From contig CT868011.1 of assembly GCA_000165425.1 (NCBI GenBank), forward strand, positions 248,001 to 275,394: 27,394 nt of DNA, in the 5' to 3' direction. The DNA is from Paramecium tetraurelia (taxonomy: Eukaryota). Positions 25,020 through 27,394 of this stretch are shown here, piece after piece (positions within the stretch are counted from its first letter, which is position 1; the number at the start of each line of letters is the position of its first letter). Under the pieces are notes generated by a model. It was not told the origin of the DNA. It saw nothing but the letters and a program-made list of their open reading frames with translations, and did no database searches. Position numbers and translations under genes: made by a program.

Positions 25020-25579
25020 CAATACCACCTTTTAGTTGAATACAGCCTTCTTTGTATTTTAACAAATTGAATCTGTAATTCCAGTTCCAGTCCAATATCC
25101 GAATTTTTTATAGCAACAATTGTAATTGGTATATATATTGTTCCATTTACTCTTTTATCTAGTATTGTTTTAGTAGCTGAAGTAGAACAACAATTCTGAG
25201 TGAAATATAAATCACATGTCTTTAATCTTTCCTAACAAGTTCCGTCAGCAGTGGAAATGCAGTTAGAATTATACATCCTACAAATAGTATCAGTTTCCTA
25301 TTCCAGTGGTTGAAGTGCAATTTGAATGCCTTATCCAAAGCTAGAACAGTTTTTGTGATATCAGAGTCTGAACAAATTACTTATACTCATAGCATCCAGT
25401 GCAATCATTTAGGCTTGTGTATGAAGAATCATACAGCTAACTATTAGCATGATCCATATCAACTAATCCAATTACAAATCTACATTCAGAGGTTTAGTTC
25501 ACTTAGCTACAGTATGAATAATCGATCCATGTATTATATCTTGCTTTTGATTTGAAGCAATCTCTTTATTAAAGTATGG

Positions 25580-25729
25580 NNNNNNNNNNNNNNNNNNNNN
25601 NNNNNNNNNNNNNNNNNNNNNNNNNNNNNNNNNNNNNNNNNNNNNNNNNNNNNNNNNNNNNNNNNNNNNNNNNNNNNNNNNNNNNNNNNNNNNNNNNNNN
25701 NNNNNNNNNNNNNNNNNNNNNNNNNNNNN
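25580..25729. other. Assembly gap (150 N) flanked by a near-duplicate ~50 bp sequence
   Basis: Run of N. ATCCATGTATTATATCTTG...AGCAATCTCTTTA occurs on both sides. Confidence 0.99.
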
Positions 25730-25969
25730 ATAATCTATCCATGTATTATATCTTGTTTCCTTTTTTGAGCAATCTCTTTAAAAAACAACCTATTGGGATC
25801 TTTTAAAAACATTTTTTGTACTTCCTGCTTTATATTAAGGACACATTGACTAAGTATTTGTTGAGCATGCTCAATTAGCAAAGGGGGATATATTAGTGAT
25901 TACTAATTTCTTCGTTTTCAATAAAATAAATTTATTTTTTCATTTAGGATCTCTCATTTTACAATACTA

Positions 25970-26800
25970 AATTAATACTGTTCAGTGTATTCAAAGTCAT
26001 CTACGACTAGATCTTGTGGTTCTGCAGAGTAGGATACAAACAGGAAATAATCAATTTGAAACTCTGACTCTATTTACTACTTTTTCATCCTCTAGTTTAT
26101 GGGTTGACTTTTAATCCTCTTCAAGGTTTTCGCATTCAAAAATCTATGTATAAATTCGGTCACTTCTTACGTAATTTTTGGTTTTAAGAGATTATTCCAG
26201 AAAAGCTATCATAATTACTTGATCCATAATTGAATTCTTTTGCTGAATCTATACATTATAAAATGACTGATTCTATTTCAACTTATAACCCAACCCTATT
26301 TCAAATTGTTCTTTTTTACTTAGCTTAAAGCAACTTGAACAACTAATTCTAGAAAGAGTCTAAACAATTTAATACTAATATAAGATTTCTCTTTATCAGA
26401 ATTTTAATCCAAACTTTAGAGTTTATAAAGCTATATCTCCTTAACTGATCAAGACACTTATTTCTTTTTTAACTACTTATTTAGATTGCAATACTCCCAA
26501 TCTTAAAAGTCCTTAAGATACTATGGTTTTGCAAAATTTTTCACCTATTTCTCTACAATTAATAGATATTTTTTTTTCTAATGTAATATACTTGTTCTTT
26601 TTAAGATTATTCTCTGTTTTACTCTTCTAAAACAATTTATCATATTGATCAACTGTTAAAAATTATCATATCTTTACAAGGATTCTTCATTAAGCTGCTC
26701 AAATGATTATCTGGGGAGTATGACTAAACTAATTTTAGTTCAAATACAAACTGAATTAAGTTAGATAAAAGGTCTTGGAATCAAGATTAGGTGGATAAAT
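25970..26800 (-). pseudogene. Decayed coding-like sequence, product unassigned
   Basis: The minus strand is purine-rich with protein-like fragments ending ..QIDYFLFVSYSAEPQDLVVDDFEYTEQY. Several TGA codons and frameshifts lie upstream. Confidence 0.3.
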
Positions 26801-27356
26801 TTTACTTGAAATAATTGCTGCTAAATTAGTGTATTATTTTTATAATAATTTTAATCATTTTTTTTAGGATTAAATTTCGACAAAATAATGATAATAAAAT
26901 ACTATATTTCATTTAAACATTTTATTAAGTGAATTTTATACAATCGTTTTCTTATTTCGAAACCAAGACTTTTCTCAATAAATATTTCTTTCTTTAACAC
27001 TAATATAAATATTCTGCCACCTGTAGAATAAATACAAAAACTACAGGAAAATAAAGATTTATTTGTTATTTATCAGTGTCTGTTACTAAGGGTTGAATTT
27101 TTTATTTTTATTAGCCAAAAAAATTAATTAAATTAGTAAGCATGATATCTTGGAGTTCTTGAGTAATTAGGAACTTATGTTAAAATTTCTAGCATCAGAT
27201 CTGTTAAAGTAATTTAATCAAAGGGTTCGTTCTAGAATACTTCCATAATAAAGTATAAGCTAAAAAAATCTTCCGCACAAAATTTATTTTTTGATTGTGA
27301 GTAATTAACTTAAATATTAAATTATATATCTTTATGGCTAGCCATTTGTTAATCAA

Positions 27357-27394
27357 GGTTGGGGTTGGGGTTGGGTTTGGGTTTAAGTTTGGGT
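27357..27394 (+). repeat. Telomeric repeat tract (TTGGGG/TTTGGG), right end of the ~23 kb segment
   Basis: GGTTGGGGTTGGGGTTGGGTTTGGGTTT..GTTTGGGT at the end of the window. Confidence 0.95.

Larger units (their letters stand above)
22100..25850 (-). pseudogene. Paramecium variable surface antigen (immobilization antigen, PSA-repeat) pseudogene, truncated and frameshifted
   Basis: Cys/Thr/Ala-rich periodic segments resemble 51A/156G-type antigens: DHANSQLYDSSYTSLNDCTGCYEYK, TDTICRMYNSNCISTADGTCQERLKTCDLY, YWTGTGITDSICQKY, HALCQAYNLD*TSIADGFKCQDFKSICE, AKTCDTVNLESG, CKEYFPICPTKQGERCLQKLTCQAA and GSCAIGVDG..VCKLFISCVNAIYITHEECQ. There are many TGA codons, frameshifts and lost cysteines. It spans the second N gap and boundaries are approximate. 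Confidence 0.85.

Noticed and set aside
25515..25790. ~50 bp direct repeat flanking the second gap
   Set aside because: It is best explained as unmerged overlapping contig ends with low-quality bases, although antigen internal repeats cannot be fully excluded.
27334..27345. Perfect palindrome ATGGCTAGCCAT 11 nt before the right telomere, as a possible fragmentation signal
   Set aside because: No counterpart was seen at the other two telomere junctions, and one 12-bp palindrome in 27 kb is expected by chance.

Overview
This is AT-rich ciliate DNA, almost certainly from a Paramecium aurelia-complex species. The evidence is mixed TTGGGG/TTTGGG telomeric repeats, 23-25 nt GTA..TAG introns, and long ORFs that stay open only when TAA/TAG are read as Gln (code 6). 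The supplied standard-code ORF track therefore fragments or misses the real genes. The window joins two macronuclear-type pieces across a 150-N gap. The first (1-4080) is a chromosome end with the 3' part of a PAS/TmcB-like multi-pass membrane protein gene, followed by a G-rich telomere. The second (4258-27394) is a ~23 kb segment with correctly oriented telomeres at both ends. It contains only two clearly intact genes: a MORN-repeat protein and a divergent alpha-like (possibly iota-class) tubulin. The rest is decayed sequence: a non-LTR retrotransposon (APE-RT) remnant, a divergently oriented pair of decayed paralogous ORFs, a surface-antigen pseudogene interrupted by an IES/MITE-like insertion, and unassignable coding-like remnants. 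The best candidate for something unusual is this telomere-to-telomere minichromosome with germline-like content, but assembly artefact cannot be excluded. All translations were done by hand, and family assignments rest on recalled motifs rather than database searches.
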